A stretch of 64,000 bases of DNA. Origin: Candidatus Latescibacterota bacterium (GTDB lineage: Bacteria; Latescibacterota; UBA2968; UBA8231). The notes under the pieces were generated by a model, which saw only the letters and a program-made list of their open reading frames with translations, was not told the DNA's origin and made no database searches. How positions within the stretch are numbered: position 1 is the stretch's first letter; each line of letters opens with the position of its first letter. Position numbers and translations under genes: made by a program. Below are positions 8,984 through 18,535 of this stretch, in pieces. Location: positions 768,001 through 832,000 of the forward strand of contig CBDETY010000003.1 of the NCBI GenBank assembly GCA_965243025.1, in the 5' to 3' direction.

Positions 8984-11908
8984 ATGCCCGGGCTGACGCT
9001 GCTGACCGGCGGTCCCGGCAGCGGCAAGACGGACCGGATCGTCTCGCGGCTGGCGGCGCGGTACGAGGACGACCCGTTCTGCGAAGCGGTCGTGCTGGTA
9101 CCGACCGTGCGCCACGGAGACCAGTTCCGCCGCCGTCTGGTCGGTCGATGCGGCGTGGCTCTGCGCCTGCGGGTCGAGACTATCGCTCAGTTCAGCCGGA
9201 CATTGGCCTCAGATGCGAGGATACCGTCCCACTCGGTGGCCGAGGAACTTCTGCATCGAACCATACGCCACGGGATCGTGAGCGGGTCTGCCGCATACTT
9301 CGAGCCTGTTGCCTCAACCAGGGGACTGGGGAATCTCCTCGGCGGCGCCATCGCTGACCTGCTGGCGGAAGGGGTGGATCCCGAAGCCCTGTCGCAAGCC
9401 GCAGAGAGATCCGGATCACCGAGCCTGGAGGCCCTGGGTGCCATCTACAGGGAGTACAGCATAGGTCTCGAACAGGAGAACTGGACTCATCCGGCGCAGG
9501 TCGGCGCGGCTGCGGCGGGTGTCGTCAGGGCAGGTGCGGATCTGCCGGGCACGATCATGCTGGACGGCTTCCATCTCTTTCGCGGGACGGAGATGGACCT
9601 TCTCGAAGCCCTCGCCGGGAAGGCCGCTGTCGTCGTCGCGCTGGACCCGGATGCAGGAGACCGTCCCAGGTACGACTGCGAACGGCTGCGTCATCGATTC
9701 CCGAATGCGGAGGTCACGAAGGTCGAGGGCGATGGTGCATCGTCCGCCAACGTTGTGACAGGCGATGCCTCCGACAGGGAAGGCCAGCTGCGCGCGATAG
9801 CGCGCCAGATCAAGCAGCGCCTGACCGATGAGCCGTCGCTCCGCCCGTCCGACTTCGCCGTGGCATTCCGGCAGGTATCGCCGCACCTGGGCCTTGCCCG
9901 GCAGGTGTTCTCCGAGTACGACCTGCCCCTCGACCCGGCCGCCGGGGAGCCGCTGAGCGCCCGGCCCCTTGGGGCCTGGCTGCGCCGCCTGATGCACCTT
10001 TCCCGGGACGGCTGGCACCTGCGTGACGTCGTCGCCGTGCTGTCCAGCGGGTTCGTCGATCGCCGCCGCTGGCGGCTCTCCCGCGGAGGCGTGGCCGCCT
10101 TTGCCCGGCGGGCCCGGGAGAACAACCTCTGGGCGGGGCTCGACGCGCTCGGCCGCGCCGTGGACGGGCTGCGCAGTGACGCCGACGACCCGGAGAAGAG
10201 CGACCGGGACCGCGAGTGGCTGGGGGAAGCTGCGTCGGGCATGTCGGCCGCCCTGGAGGATCTGCGTTCGCTCCTGGAACGGTCACCCGGGACGATGGCA
10301 GAGCATGCGCGCCATTTCGACGAGACGCTGTTCGGCAGTCAGGCCCTGGTGGATCCCCGGTCCGGGGCGCAGCCGGGCGTGGAGGTGGAGCTCGATGCCC
10401 TGCGAGGCCAGCTTCAGGACCTGATCCATACACACGAGGTCCTGGGAGGAGGGCAGGAGTCCTTCGAGTCGTTCCTGGCGCGGCTCGAAGCGAGGTTCGA
10501 CGCTGCGACAGTGCTGCTGCGCGAGCCCGGAGGCGTGCTCCTCGCGCCGATGCACACCCTGCACGGCCTGCGTTTCGACTTCGTTGCGATAGGGGGTCTG
10601 GTCGAGGGAGAGTTCCCCGCGCCGCGCAGCTACCACTCGCTTCTCGACAGGGACGCCATTGATCTGCTGAATCGCTGCGGGCTTGGGGTCCCCCCGCTTG
10701 CCCGGCTCTCGGAAGACGAGCTGTGGGTATCGGTGTCCTCCCGTGCCGACCGGGTGCTGTCCCTGTGGAGGACCCGGCTCAACGAACGCGGCCGGTCGGT
10801 GGCGGCTTCCTACTACTACGGCAGCCTGCAGCCCGACGCGTGCATCGAGGCGGGGATGTCCATCGATCCCGAAGAAGCCGGCTCGGCGCGCGAGCTGGCG
10901 ATCGCCTGCGCCTTGCAGTGGCCGGACCAGGGCCGGCGGCGGCCGCGCGGGGAGTTGGCCTGGTCCACTGTGCGCTCCGCGGTCGCCGTCGAGCAGCTCC
11001 GCCGCTCATCCAGGAATGCAGGTGAGTACGAGGGCCGCTTGACCGATGGATTGGTGCCCAAGCTCACGGGTGCCTGCGCAACCTGGAGCGCCAGCCGGAT
11101 CGAGTCCTACCAGACCTGCGCCTTCCAGTTCTTCGGCCACTACGCCCTGGGGCTTCGCGAGATCGAGGAGGAGCTCGAGAGCGCTGACGCCGCCATCCGG
11201 GGAAGCGTCGTGCACGAGATCCTGCAGGACGCCGTTGCTCCCCTTGTGAAACAGGGACGCCCACTGCTGCCCGAAACCCTGCCCGAGGTGCTGGCGCGTC
11301 TCGGGGCCAACGGCCGGGATAAGTGGAACAGCGCTCCCAGGGAGAAGGGCTTCGGCCGGGCCGCTCTCTGGCGGCTGGATGGGGAGGACACATTCCGGAA
11401 AATGGAGCTGCTCCTGCAGCGGGAGGCTGAACGGAGCGAGCAGTCGGGAGTGACCCGGATCATCGGCGCCGAGGAGGAGATCGAGGCCACGCTCCCGCTG
11501 GATCCGCCCTTGCGTCTGCAGGCGAAGATAGACCGACTGGAGGAGGGGGAAGGCAGGGTGGTGATCGTCGACTACAAGTCCGGGCGCGAGATACCACGTT
11601 CTCACGTGGAGGAGGGACGCCGCGTTCAGCTCCAGCTGTACGGATACGCCGGACGCCACAGGACCGGGGCGGAGAGGGTCATCGCCCGCTACGCCTGGCT
11701 CGATCCCCAGGCCAGGGAGTGGGAGATCGACTCCTCGCTCGCCGATGATGCACTCCTGCTGGACCATGTCGCGGAGATCGCCCGGGAAGTCCGGGATTCC
11801 GTCGACTCGGGCGATTTCAGAGTCAATCCCCAGGTGCCCTGTCCGACCTACTGCTCGTTCCGCCACGTCTGCCGGGTCAACGAGTTCAGTCGATGGAAAT
11901 GGGACTGA
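8984..11908 (+). CDS. addB: AddB-like subunit: degenerate helicase scaffold plus PD-(D/E)XK nuclease with 4-Cys Fe-S staple
   Basis: GGPGSGKT; WSASRIESYQTC, GSVVH, KIDRLE, IVDYKSG, QLQLY, CPTYCSFRHVC; overlaps an addA-like gene. Confidence 0.85.
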   Translation: MPGLTLLTGGPGSGKTDRIVSRLAARYEDDPFCEAVVLVPTVRHGDQFRRRLVGRCGVALRLRVETIAQFSRTLASDARIPSHSVAEELLHRTIRHGIVSGSAAYFEPVASTRGLGNLLGGAIADLLAEGVDPEALSQAAERSGSPSLEALGAIYREYSIGLEQENWTHPAQVGAAAAGVVRAGADLPGTIMLDGFHLFRGTEMDLLEALAGKAAVVVALDPDAGDRPRYDCERLRHRFPNAEVTKVEGDGASSANVVTGDASDREGQLRAIARQIKQRLTDEPSLRPSDFAVAFRQVSPHLGLARQVFSEYDLPLDPAAGEPLSARPLGAWLRRLMHLSRDGWHLRDVVAVLSSGFVDRRRWRLSRGGVAAFARRARENNLWAGLDALGRAVDGLRSDADDPEKSDRDREWLGEAASGMSAALEDLRSLLERSPGTMAEHARHFDETLFGSQALVDPRSGAQPGVEVELDALRGQLQDLIHTHEVLGGGQESFESFLARLEARFDAATVLLREPGGVLLAPMHTLHGLRFDFVAIGGLVEGEFPAPRSYHSLLDRDAIDLLNRCGLGVPPLARLSEDELWVSVSSRADRVLSLWRTRLNERGRSVAASYYYGSLQPDACIEAGMSIDPEEAGSARELAIACALQWPDQGRRRPRGELAWSTVRSAVAVEQLRRSSRNAGEYEGRLTDGLVPKLTGACATWSASRIESYQTCAFQFFGHYALGLREIEEELESADAAIRGSVVHEILQDAVAPLVKQGRPLLPETLPEVLARLGANGRDKWNSAPREKGFGRAALWRLDGEDTFRKMELLLQREAERSEQSGVTRIIGAEEEIEATLPLDPPLRLQAKIDRLEEGEGRVVIVDYKSGREIPRSHVEEGRRVQLQLYGYAGRHRTGAERVIARYAWLDPQAREWEIDSSLADDALLLDHVAEIAREVRDSVDSGDFRVNPQVPCPTYCSFRHVCRVNEFSRWKWD

Positions 11909-14900
11909 CAGCGGAGCAGACAGGGATCCTGGCCGAGCGCGGCCGTGACGTGCTGGTCACCGCCGGCGCCGGCAGCGGCAAGACCAGCGTCCTCGTCGAT
12001 CGCTACGTCTCCCTGCTCGGGGACCACCGCATCTCCGAGATGGCGGCCGTCACCTTCACCGACGCCGCCGCCACCGAGATGCGCGAGCGCGTGCGCAGGG
12101 AGGTGCTCACGAGGGAGGAGCTGCGGCATCACCGGGCGGAGATCGACGAGGCCATCATCGGCACCATCCACTCCCTCTGCCTCCGGATTCTGCGGGAGCA
12201 TCCCGTCGAGGCGGCCATCGATCCCGCCACGAGGGTCCTCTCCGATGACGAGGCCGAGTTCGAGCTGACCGGGGCCTGCATCGATGCCCTGGAGGCTGCC
12301 GCCGACGCCGACGATCAGCGGGCCCTGGCGCTGCGGGAACTAGGTCTGTACGCGGCGACCATCCAGCTTCCCCGGATGGTCGAGAGGCGCGACGAGGTCG
12401 AGTACGCGTACAAGGCGCTTCCGGGGGAAACCGTGGAGGGCTGGGCGGAGTATGTCAGGAATCTGCTGGATGAGAAGCTCCGGGCGGCGGTGGAAGAGGC
12501 GCGGCCGATGCTGGCGGAGCGGGCGGCGTGGCTGCGTGCTGCCCTCGAGGGATCCGGAGACGATGCCCTGTCCTCGCGCCTCCGTGACTGTCTGGCGGCC
12601 TTGGGCGACCCCGATGCAGGGGACGCGTCAGACCTGCTGGCCCGCGTCGAGGAGGCGGGGGGCAGAGTCAACCTGAGAGGCGGTAGTGCGCGGAACTGGG
12701 CGGCGGACATCAAGGAGGTCAAAGAGGCCATGGGCTCGATCCGGGACATGGCCAAGGAGTTCAACGCCTTCCCTCGCTGGAACGAGCACGACCAGGTCGC
12801 CCTGGAGGCCCTCGCATCGCTGCGGAGACTCTTCAGGGACGCCTGCAATCGCTACTCCGCCCGCAAGCGGGAGCTGGTCGCCCTCGACTATCTCGACCTC
12901 GAGATCATGGCCACACACCTCCTCCGCTCCCATCCGGAGATCGCCGCTTCCTACGGGTCGCGCCTGCGGCACCTGATGGTGGACGAGCTTCAGGATACCA
13001 ACCCCACCCAGATCGCATTCCTCGACCTCCTGAAAGGACCCGAGCGTTTCTTCGTCGGCGACGTGAAGCAGGCGATCTACCGCTTCCGCGGAAGCGACGT
13101 CCGCAACTTCACACGGCTCCACAAACAGATCGAGGCCGAGGGGGCCATCCATTCCCTGAGCCAGTCCTTCCGCGCCCACGACCCCCTCGTCGGGTCGCTC
13201 AACGCCCTCTTCGAGCACGTCTTCGCGGACCCGCTGGAGGAGTTCGAGGCGCCGATGCAGGCGATGACCGGACGAGGATCGGAGGCGCCCGAGTCGCCGT
13301 ACCTCGTGCTGCTGCCGGTCTCCAATCGAACGCCTGAGGGCGAAAGGACCGGCGACCATGACCGCAGAAGGGTCGAGGCGGATGCCGTGGCCGCGGAAGT
13401 GGCCTCCCTCCTGCGCCGTCCCGCCATCGTGTGGGACAGGGACGAGCGGGGGGAGCGCCCCGCGCGGGCCTCCGACGTGGCCGTCCTGCTTCGCCGGCTG
13501 ACGAACGTCCACCTCTTCGAGCAGGCGCTGGAGAGCCGCGGAGTCCCCTGCCGCACCGTAGCCGGCGCCGGGTTCTTCACCAGGCAGGAGGTCCTCGACC
13601 TCACCAACCTCCTGGGGTGGCTGGCCGAGCCGGACGATTCCATCGCCCTGGCAGGCGCTCTCCGGTCGCCGCTGTTCACGATCGACGACCAGTCCCTCCT
13701 GGCGCTCCGGTCCCATCACCCGAATCTCCTCAGAGCGCTCGGCGATCCACCCGAGTCCCTGCCCCCGGAGGTCCGCCAGCTCTGCGGGCATGCCGCCGAG
13801 GTGCTCGGAGAACTGCGAGACGGTGTCGCATTCCTGCCGGCCGACGCGCTCCTCGAGAGAGCCCTGGCCCTCACCGGTTTCGAGGCCGCGTGGGCGCCTC
13901 TGCAGGGAGGCGATCAGGCGCTGGCCAACATACGCAAGTTCGTGGACCTGGCCCGGCAGTTGGCCGGCACCTCGCTCGACGAGTTCGTGACCTACGTTCG
14001 CCGCCGGCGGGACGAGCTGCAGGCCCGGGAAGGCCAGGCGGTTCTCGACCAGTCCAACGCCGTGCGGCTGCTGACCGTGCACGGAGCCAAGGGCCTGCAG
14101 TTCCCCATCGTCTTCGTGCCCGAGGCGCATCTGCCATCGCGTGTGGGCTTCGATGCCGTCCGGTGGCGCACCGGGGAGGGGATCTCCGTCACGCTCGAGA
14201 AAGAGATCGGCTCTGATGAGGGCCGCCGCAGACGCCCGGGGTTCTACTCCTACCTGTTGAGCCGGGACCAGGCGGAGGAGACGGCCGAGCACAAGCGTCT
14301 CTTCTACGTCGCAGCCACCCGGGCGGCCGACGTGCTGTACATCACCGGCGATCATGCGGAATCCGGCGACACATGGCTCGCCGCCGCTCAAGTTGCCCTC
14401 GGCGAGGCCGCGGGGGGAGTGGAGATACGCTCAGCCATCCCCGTTGATCTCAAGGCCATCGCCGACAGGGTGCCGCCCAGGTCGGTGCAGGTACCGCCCG
14501 AGGACGAGGAAGAGGACTTCGTGGCTCCGCTGGCGGCCCGGCCGCCCGTGATCCCCCTGCGCTCCAGCACCCCCGTGACATCCCTGAGATTGGAGGAGCC
14601 TTCTCGCAGCGACTTCCACCACGGCGACGGTCTCGGCCTCGTCCGCGGCAGCCTCGCGCACGATGCCATCGAGGAGTGGTTCAAGACCGGACAGCGGCCC
14701 CGGTTGGACGAGTTGATGCGCAGCGTGGATGAGGGTCTGGGAGAGCAGGCCGTGCGGGGGGTTGTCGCCGAAGTCGAGGGTATGCTCGACATCTTCGACG
14801 ACAGCCCGCTGGCGGACACCCTTCGGGACGGGGGAACTCGCTCCTGGTTCGAGCTGCCCTTTTCGTGGGACTGGGAGGGCGTGCCGGTGCACGGCACCAT

Positions 14901-15219
14901 CGACCTGGCCTATGAGGCCGGGGGCGCCTGGCATGTTCTCGACTTCAAGACCGACGACCTGCGCGGCAGGTCGTTGGCCGGCGCTTCCGAAGCCTACCTT
15001 CCTCAGCTCGCCCTGTACTCCTCCGCCCTGGAGAGGGCAGTCGGCAGATCTCCTGCCGTCGGGCTGCTGTTCCTGCGAACCGGCGAAGTGTACGTCCCGC
15101 CTTCCGCAGACCTGGCCAGAGCCCTGGCAGTCACTCGCGGCCGGATAGACAACGGGGATCTGCTCGATACACCGCTATCCATGTTCGAGGGTGTCCAGGC
15201 ACTCGATCCCGACGCGTGA
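11893..15219 (+). CDS. addA: AddA-like UvrD helicase with C-terminal RecB-type nuclease
   Basis: TAGAGSGKT, VTFT, TIHSLC, VDELQDTN, GDVKQAIYRFRG, TVHGAKGLQF, YVAATRA, GTIDL, DFKTD, QLALY. Confidence 0.92.
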   Translation: MEMGLTAEQTGILAERGRDVLVTAGAGSGKTSVLVDRYVSLLGDHRISEMAAVTFTDAAATEMRERVRREVLTREELRHHRAEIDEAIIGTIHSLCLRILREHPVEAAIDPATRVLSDDEAEFELTGACIDALEAAADADDQRALALRELGLYAATIQLPRMVERRDEVEYAYKALPGETVEGWAEYVRNLLDEKLRAAVEEARPMLAERAAWLRAALEGSGDDALSSRLRDCLAALGDPDAGDASDLLARVEEAGGRVNLRGGSARNWAADIKEVKEAMGSIRDMAKEFNAFPRWNEHDQVALEALASLRRLFRDACNRYSARKRELVALDYLDLEIMATHLLRSHPEIAASYGSRLRHLMVDELQDTNPTQIAFLDLLKGPERFFVGDVKQAIYRFRGSDVRNFTRLHKQIEAEGAIHSLSQSFRAHDPLVGSLNALFEHVFADPLEEFEAPMQAMTGRGSEAPESPYLVLLPVSNRTPEGERTGDHDRRRVEADAVAAEVASLLRRPAIVWDRDERGERPARASDVAVLLRRLTNVHLFEQALESRGVPCRTVAGAGFFTRQEVLDLTNLLGWLAEPDDSIALAGALRSPLFTIDDQSLLALRSHHPNLLRALGDPPESLPPEVRQLCGHAAEVLGELRDGVAFLPADALLERALALTGFEAAWAPLQGGDQALANIRKFVDLARQLAGTSLDEFVTYVRRRRDELQAREGQAVLDQSNAVRLLTVHGAKGLQFPIVFVPEAHLPSRVGFDAVRWRTGEGISVTLEKEIGSDEGRRRRPGFYSYLLSRDQAEETAEHKRLFYVAATRAADVLYITGDHAESGDTWLAAAQVALGEAAGGVEIRSAIPVDLKAIADRVPPRSVQVPPEDEEEDFVAPLAARPPVIPLRSSTPVTSLRLEEPSRSDFHHGDGLGLVRGSLAHDAIEEWFKTGQRPRLDELMRSVDEGLGEQAVRGVVAEVEGMLDIFDDSPLADTLRDGGTRSWFELPFSWDWEGVPVHGTIDLAYEAGGAWHVLDFKTDDLRGRSLAGASEAYLPQLALYSSALERAVGRSPAVGLLFLRTGEVYVPPSADLARALAVTRGRIDNGDLLDTPLSMFEGVQALDPDA

Positions 15220-15262
15220 CGGAAGCGGGAACCTGCCGGGAAGTCTTACACAGGGAAAGCAA

Positions 15263-15741
15263 TCAGCGCCGGAACGCCTGGGGAACAGACGTCTCGTACG
15301 GTACCGCTCCCGATTCGTCCACTTCGTAGCCGTACCGATCCAGGTAGTGACGTGCCGGAAGCAGTGCGTCGCCCCGGCGGGACATCTCCCTTTCCAGGAG
15401 AGCGTCCATCCGGCGCTGCAGACCGGCATGTTCCGTCTTGCCCGCGAGGTTCCGCATCTGGAAGGGGTCTTCCTGGTTGTCGTACAGCACTCCGCCGGCA
15501 GGCGCACGTCGTTCATGAACATGCCGGTCGTCAACGGGTACTGACCGGTCAGAAAGGCCGCCCGCCATGGCGTGCAGACCGGTATGTTGGCGACCGCCAG
15601 GTCGAAAACGACACCCTCACCGGCCATCCGGTCCATGTAAGGGGTGCGTACCCGACCGCTTCCGGCGAATCCCGTACTGCACCATCGGTGCTGATCGCCG
15701 AAAACGAAAACGATGTTGGGGGGGGATTGATGTTCGGCCAA
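15263..15741 (-). pseudogene. sulfatase pseudogene with large internal deletion
   Basis: N-terminus PNIVFVFGDQHR...VCTPWRAAFLTG (CxPxR) joined out of frame near 15490 to C-terminus LYDNQEDPFQMRNLA; the central part is absent. Confidence 0.85.
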
Positions 15742-16019
15742 GTTTGCCCTCAAGGGCACCGTCGAATCCTGGATTGATCCCGATATCGGGCGGACAGGAA
15801 CAGAACCTGCAAGGAGTTCGGATGTCAAACGAAACTGCGCAAGCATTGCCTGGAGCTACACCCTGACGTTGGAAGGCGATCCTGCCGCGCAGGTGGTCGA
15901 GGCTCTCGACAGGTACGTTACCGATCTTCCATCGTCACCTGAGCTTGCCCGAACCATCTCAGCAGCAGACCTCGGGTGCGGGTTAGGATGAGTCCGGGGC
16001 AGGGAGTATCCTTACCCGC

Positions 16020-16781
16020 ATGCGAGCGCTGATCCTGGGCGCGGGCCGGGGCCGCCGGCTCAATGCCCTCACCGACGAACAGCCGAAGCCGTACGCCCCG
16101 ATCGGCGGCCGGCGGATCCTCGACTGGCTGCTGCAGGCCCTGGGCGAGGCCGGGGTGAGCGACTTCGTCTTCATCGGCGGCTACCGCATCGACCAGGTCC
16201 GCGGCGACTACCCTGAAATGACCTTCTGCCGCAACCCCGACTGGGAGAGCACCAACATTCTCGCTTCCCTCATGTGCGCCGAGGATCACATGGACGGCGG
16301 CTTCCTCGTCACCTACGCCGACATCCTCTACCGGTCCGCCGTCGTGCGTCTGGCCCTCGAACATCCCGGGGACGCGGTCCTCTGCGTCGACACCCGCTGG
16401 CGGGATCGCTACGCCGACCGCAGCCAGCACCCGGAGGAGGACGCCGAGAAGGTCATCACCGGGGGGGACCGGGTGCTGCAGATCAGCCGCGGGCTACCCT
16501 CCTCCGAGGCCGCCGGGGAGTACATCGGCGTGGCCCGGTTCTCGGCCGCCGGCGCGGGCGCCCTGCGCCGCTGCTACCACCGGTTGAAAACGCGGTTCGA
16601 CGGGCAGGTCTGGCAGGACGGAGCCCCCTTCCGCCAGGCCTACCTAATCCATCTTTATCAGCACATGCTCGAACAGGGAGAAAGGTTTCACATGGTGACC
16701 ACGGAAGGGGAGTACGCCGAGGTCGACACCGAGGAGGACTACGCCCTGGCAAACGAGAGCTGGCCCCGGAGGTACGCCTGA
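16020..16781 (+). CDS. phosphocholine/phosphonate cytidylyltransferase-like NTP transferase
   Basis: ALILGAGRGRRL, PKP, TNILASL, YADIL, AEKV, GEYIG, EVDTEED. Confidence 0.88.
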   Translation: MRALILGAGRGRRLNALTDEQPKPYAPIGGRRILDWLLQALGEAGVSDFVFIGGYRIDQVRGDYPEMTFCRNPDWESTNILASLMCAEDHMDGGFLVTYADILYRSAVVRLALEHPGDAVLCVDTRWRDRYADRSQHPEEDAEKVITGGDRVLQISRGLPSSEAAGEYIGVARFSAAGAGALRRCYHRLKTRFDGQVWQDGAPFRQAYLIHLYQHMLEQGERFHMVTTEGEYAEVDTEEDYALANESWPRRYA

Positions 16782-17869
16782 TGCCCACCCTCGTCGAGCG
16801 CTGCGGAACCCTGTTTCCCACCTCGGTGGTCGGCTCTCTGCCGCGGCCCGAGTACGTGCGCGAGATCGTCGCCGACGGCCGCCGGGAAGAGGGCTGGCAG
16901 CGGCGCCTCGACGCCGCCGTGGCCCACGCCGTCTCCCTGCAGGAGGCGGCAGGCCTCGACGTGATCTCCGACGGGGAGTGGCGGCGGGCCTCCTACATCG
17001 GCGTCATCGCCGAGCTCGCCGACGGGTTCGAGGTGAGCCGGACCGAGGACGGCCGTCCCTGGACGGTGGTCACCGGCGAGGTGTCGGTCCGGGACCAGGG
17101 CGTGGTGGCCGCCGAGGTCGAGCACCTGCGCTCGCTGACGGAGCGGCTGATCAAGGTGGCGCTGCCGTCGCCGGCCCTGCTGGCCGAGCGCATGTGGGAC
17201 GCCGACCTCTCGCTCGAAGCCTACGGGACGCCGCGCGCCTTCGCCGAGGCGGTGGCGCCGATCCTGCAGCGGGAGGCGGAGCTGGTGGTCGAAGCCGGGG
17301 CCGACATCGTTCAGGTGGACGACCCGCACCTGTGCCTTCTCGTCGATCAGGAGGTCCGCGCCCATTACGACAAGGACGATTGGGGCGCCGACGAGGAGGC
17401 TGCTTTCTCAGTCGAAATGGACAACGAGGTCCTCGTGGGCATCGCCGGCGAAGCCGTGCGCGCCGTGCACCTGTGCCGCAGAGCCGGCGCCAGAGTTCGG
17501 GGGGAGGCATACCACAGCGGCGGCTACGGCCCCATCGTGCCCGCCCTCGAGCAGCTCGACACCGACCACCTGACCCTGGAGTTCTCCAACCCCGGCGCCG
17601 GCGACGTGGAGGTGTTCGAGCAGCTCCCCGAACACCTCGAGATCGGCCTCGGATGCGTCAGCGTGCATCCGGGGGAGATCGACGACGCCGGGCAGATCGT
17701 GGAGCGCGTCGAGCAGGCCGCGGAGGTGATCGGCGCCGAGCGCATCGTCCTCAACCCGGACTGCGGCTTCGCCCCCGGGTCGGCGGCGCGGGTCGACCTC
17801 GACGAGGTCTACCGCAAGCTGCAGTACCAGGCCGAGGCCGCGGAGCGGCTCAGGCAGATCTACGGTTGA
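16781..17869 (+). CDS. cobalamin-independent methionine synthase II (MetE C-terminal) family protein
   Basis: TGATG coupling; VVGSLPRP, SDGEWRR, VQVDDP, VHLC, LEF, NPDCGF. Confidence 0.9.
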   Translation: MPTLVERCGTLFPTSVVGSLPRPEYVREIVADGRREEGWQRRLDAAVAHAVSLQEAAGLDVISDGEWRRASYIGVIAELADGFEVSRTEDGRPWTVVTGEVSVRDQGVVAAEVEHLRSLTERLIKVALPSPALLAERMWDADLSLEAYGTPRAFAEAVAPILQREAELVVEAGADIVQVDDPHLCLLVDQEVRAHYDKDDWGADEEAAFSVEMDNEVLVGIAGEAVRAVHLCRRAGARVRGEAYHSGGYGPIVPALEQLDTDHLTLEFSNPGAGDVEVFEQLPEHLEIGLGCVSVHPGEIDDAGQIVERVEQAAEVIGAERIVLNPDCGFAPGSAARVDLDEVYRKLQYQAEAAERLRQIYG

Positions 17870-17905
17870 GCGGCGACCGGGGACGCATTTTGACAGGAGG
17901 AGATC

Positions 17906-18490
17906 ATGCAGATTTCTGAAGAGCTGCGGCAGTCGGTAATCCGCTCGTTGCCCGAGGCGAACGAAATCGGCGACGAAACCCTGCGGAACCAGGTGATCGA
18001 CGCGTGGGCGTACGCCCTCGGCAAGAGCTCGTTCAAATCGATTGACGAAATCCGCGCCTCGGGCAATCCCGACACGCCGCCGCTCAAGCGGGGAACACAG
18101 ACCCACCACATCCGCGGGGTAACCCTTCTTGCCATGCGCATCGGCGACGAACTGAAAGCGATGTTTCCCGAACTCCAGGTGAACCGCGACCTCCTGGTCG
18201 CCTGCGCCCTGTGCCACGACGTGGGCAAGCCGTGGGAGTTCGACCCGGAGAACCAGGCGCGCTGGCGGGAATCGCCCGGCGCCTCGGGGTTCCCCTCGAT
18301 CCGGCATCCCGGGTTCGGCGTGCATGTCTGCCTCACCGTCGGGCTTCCCGAAGCGGTCGCGCACGCCGCAGGCGCCCATTCGGGCGAGGGGGAGCTGGTC
18401 GTCCGCAGCCTGGAGAACACCATAGTGCACCATGCCGACTACGCCTTCTGGCGGGTGCTCGACGCCGGCGGTCTCCTGGAAGAGGCCTAG
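17906..18490 (+). CDS. HD domain metal-dependent phosphohydrolase
   Basis: AGGAGG SD; H...CHDVGK...H...AH...HHAD. Confidence 0.88.
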   Translation: MQISEELRQSVIRSLPEANEIGDETLRNQVIDAWAYALGKSSFKSIDEIRASGNPDTPPLKRGTQTHHIRGVTLLAMRIGDELKAMFPELQVNRDLLVACALCHDVGKPWEFDPENQARWRESPGASGFPSIRHPGFGVHVCLTVGLPEAVAHAAGAHSGEGELVVRSLENTIVHHADYAFWRVLDAGGLLEEA

Positions 18491-18535
18491 TCGCCGGTGG
18501 GTGGCGGCACCGGGAATGCGTGAGCCCGCCCTGAG

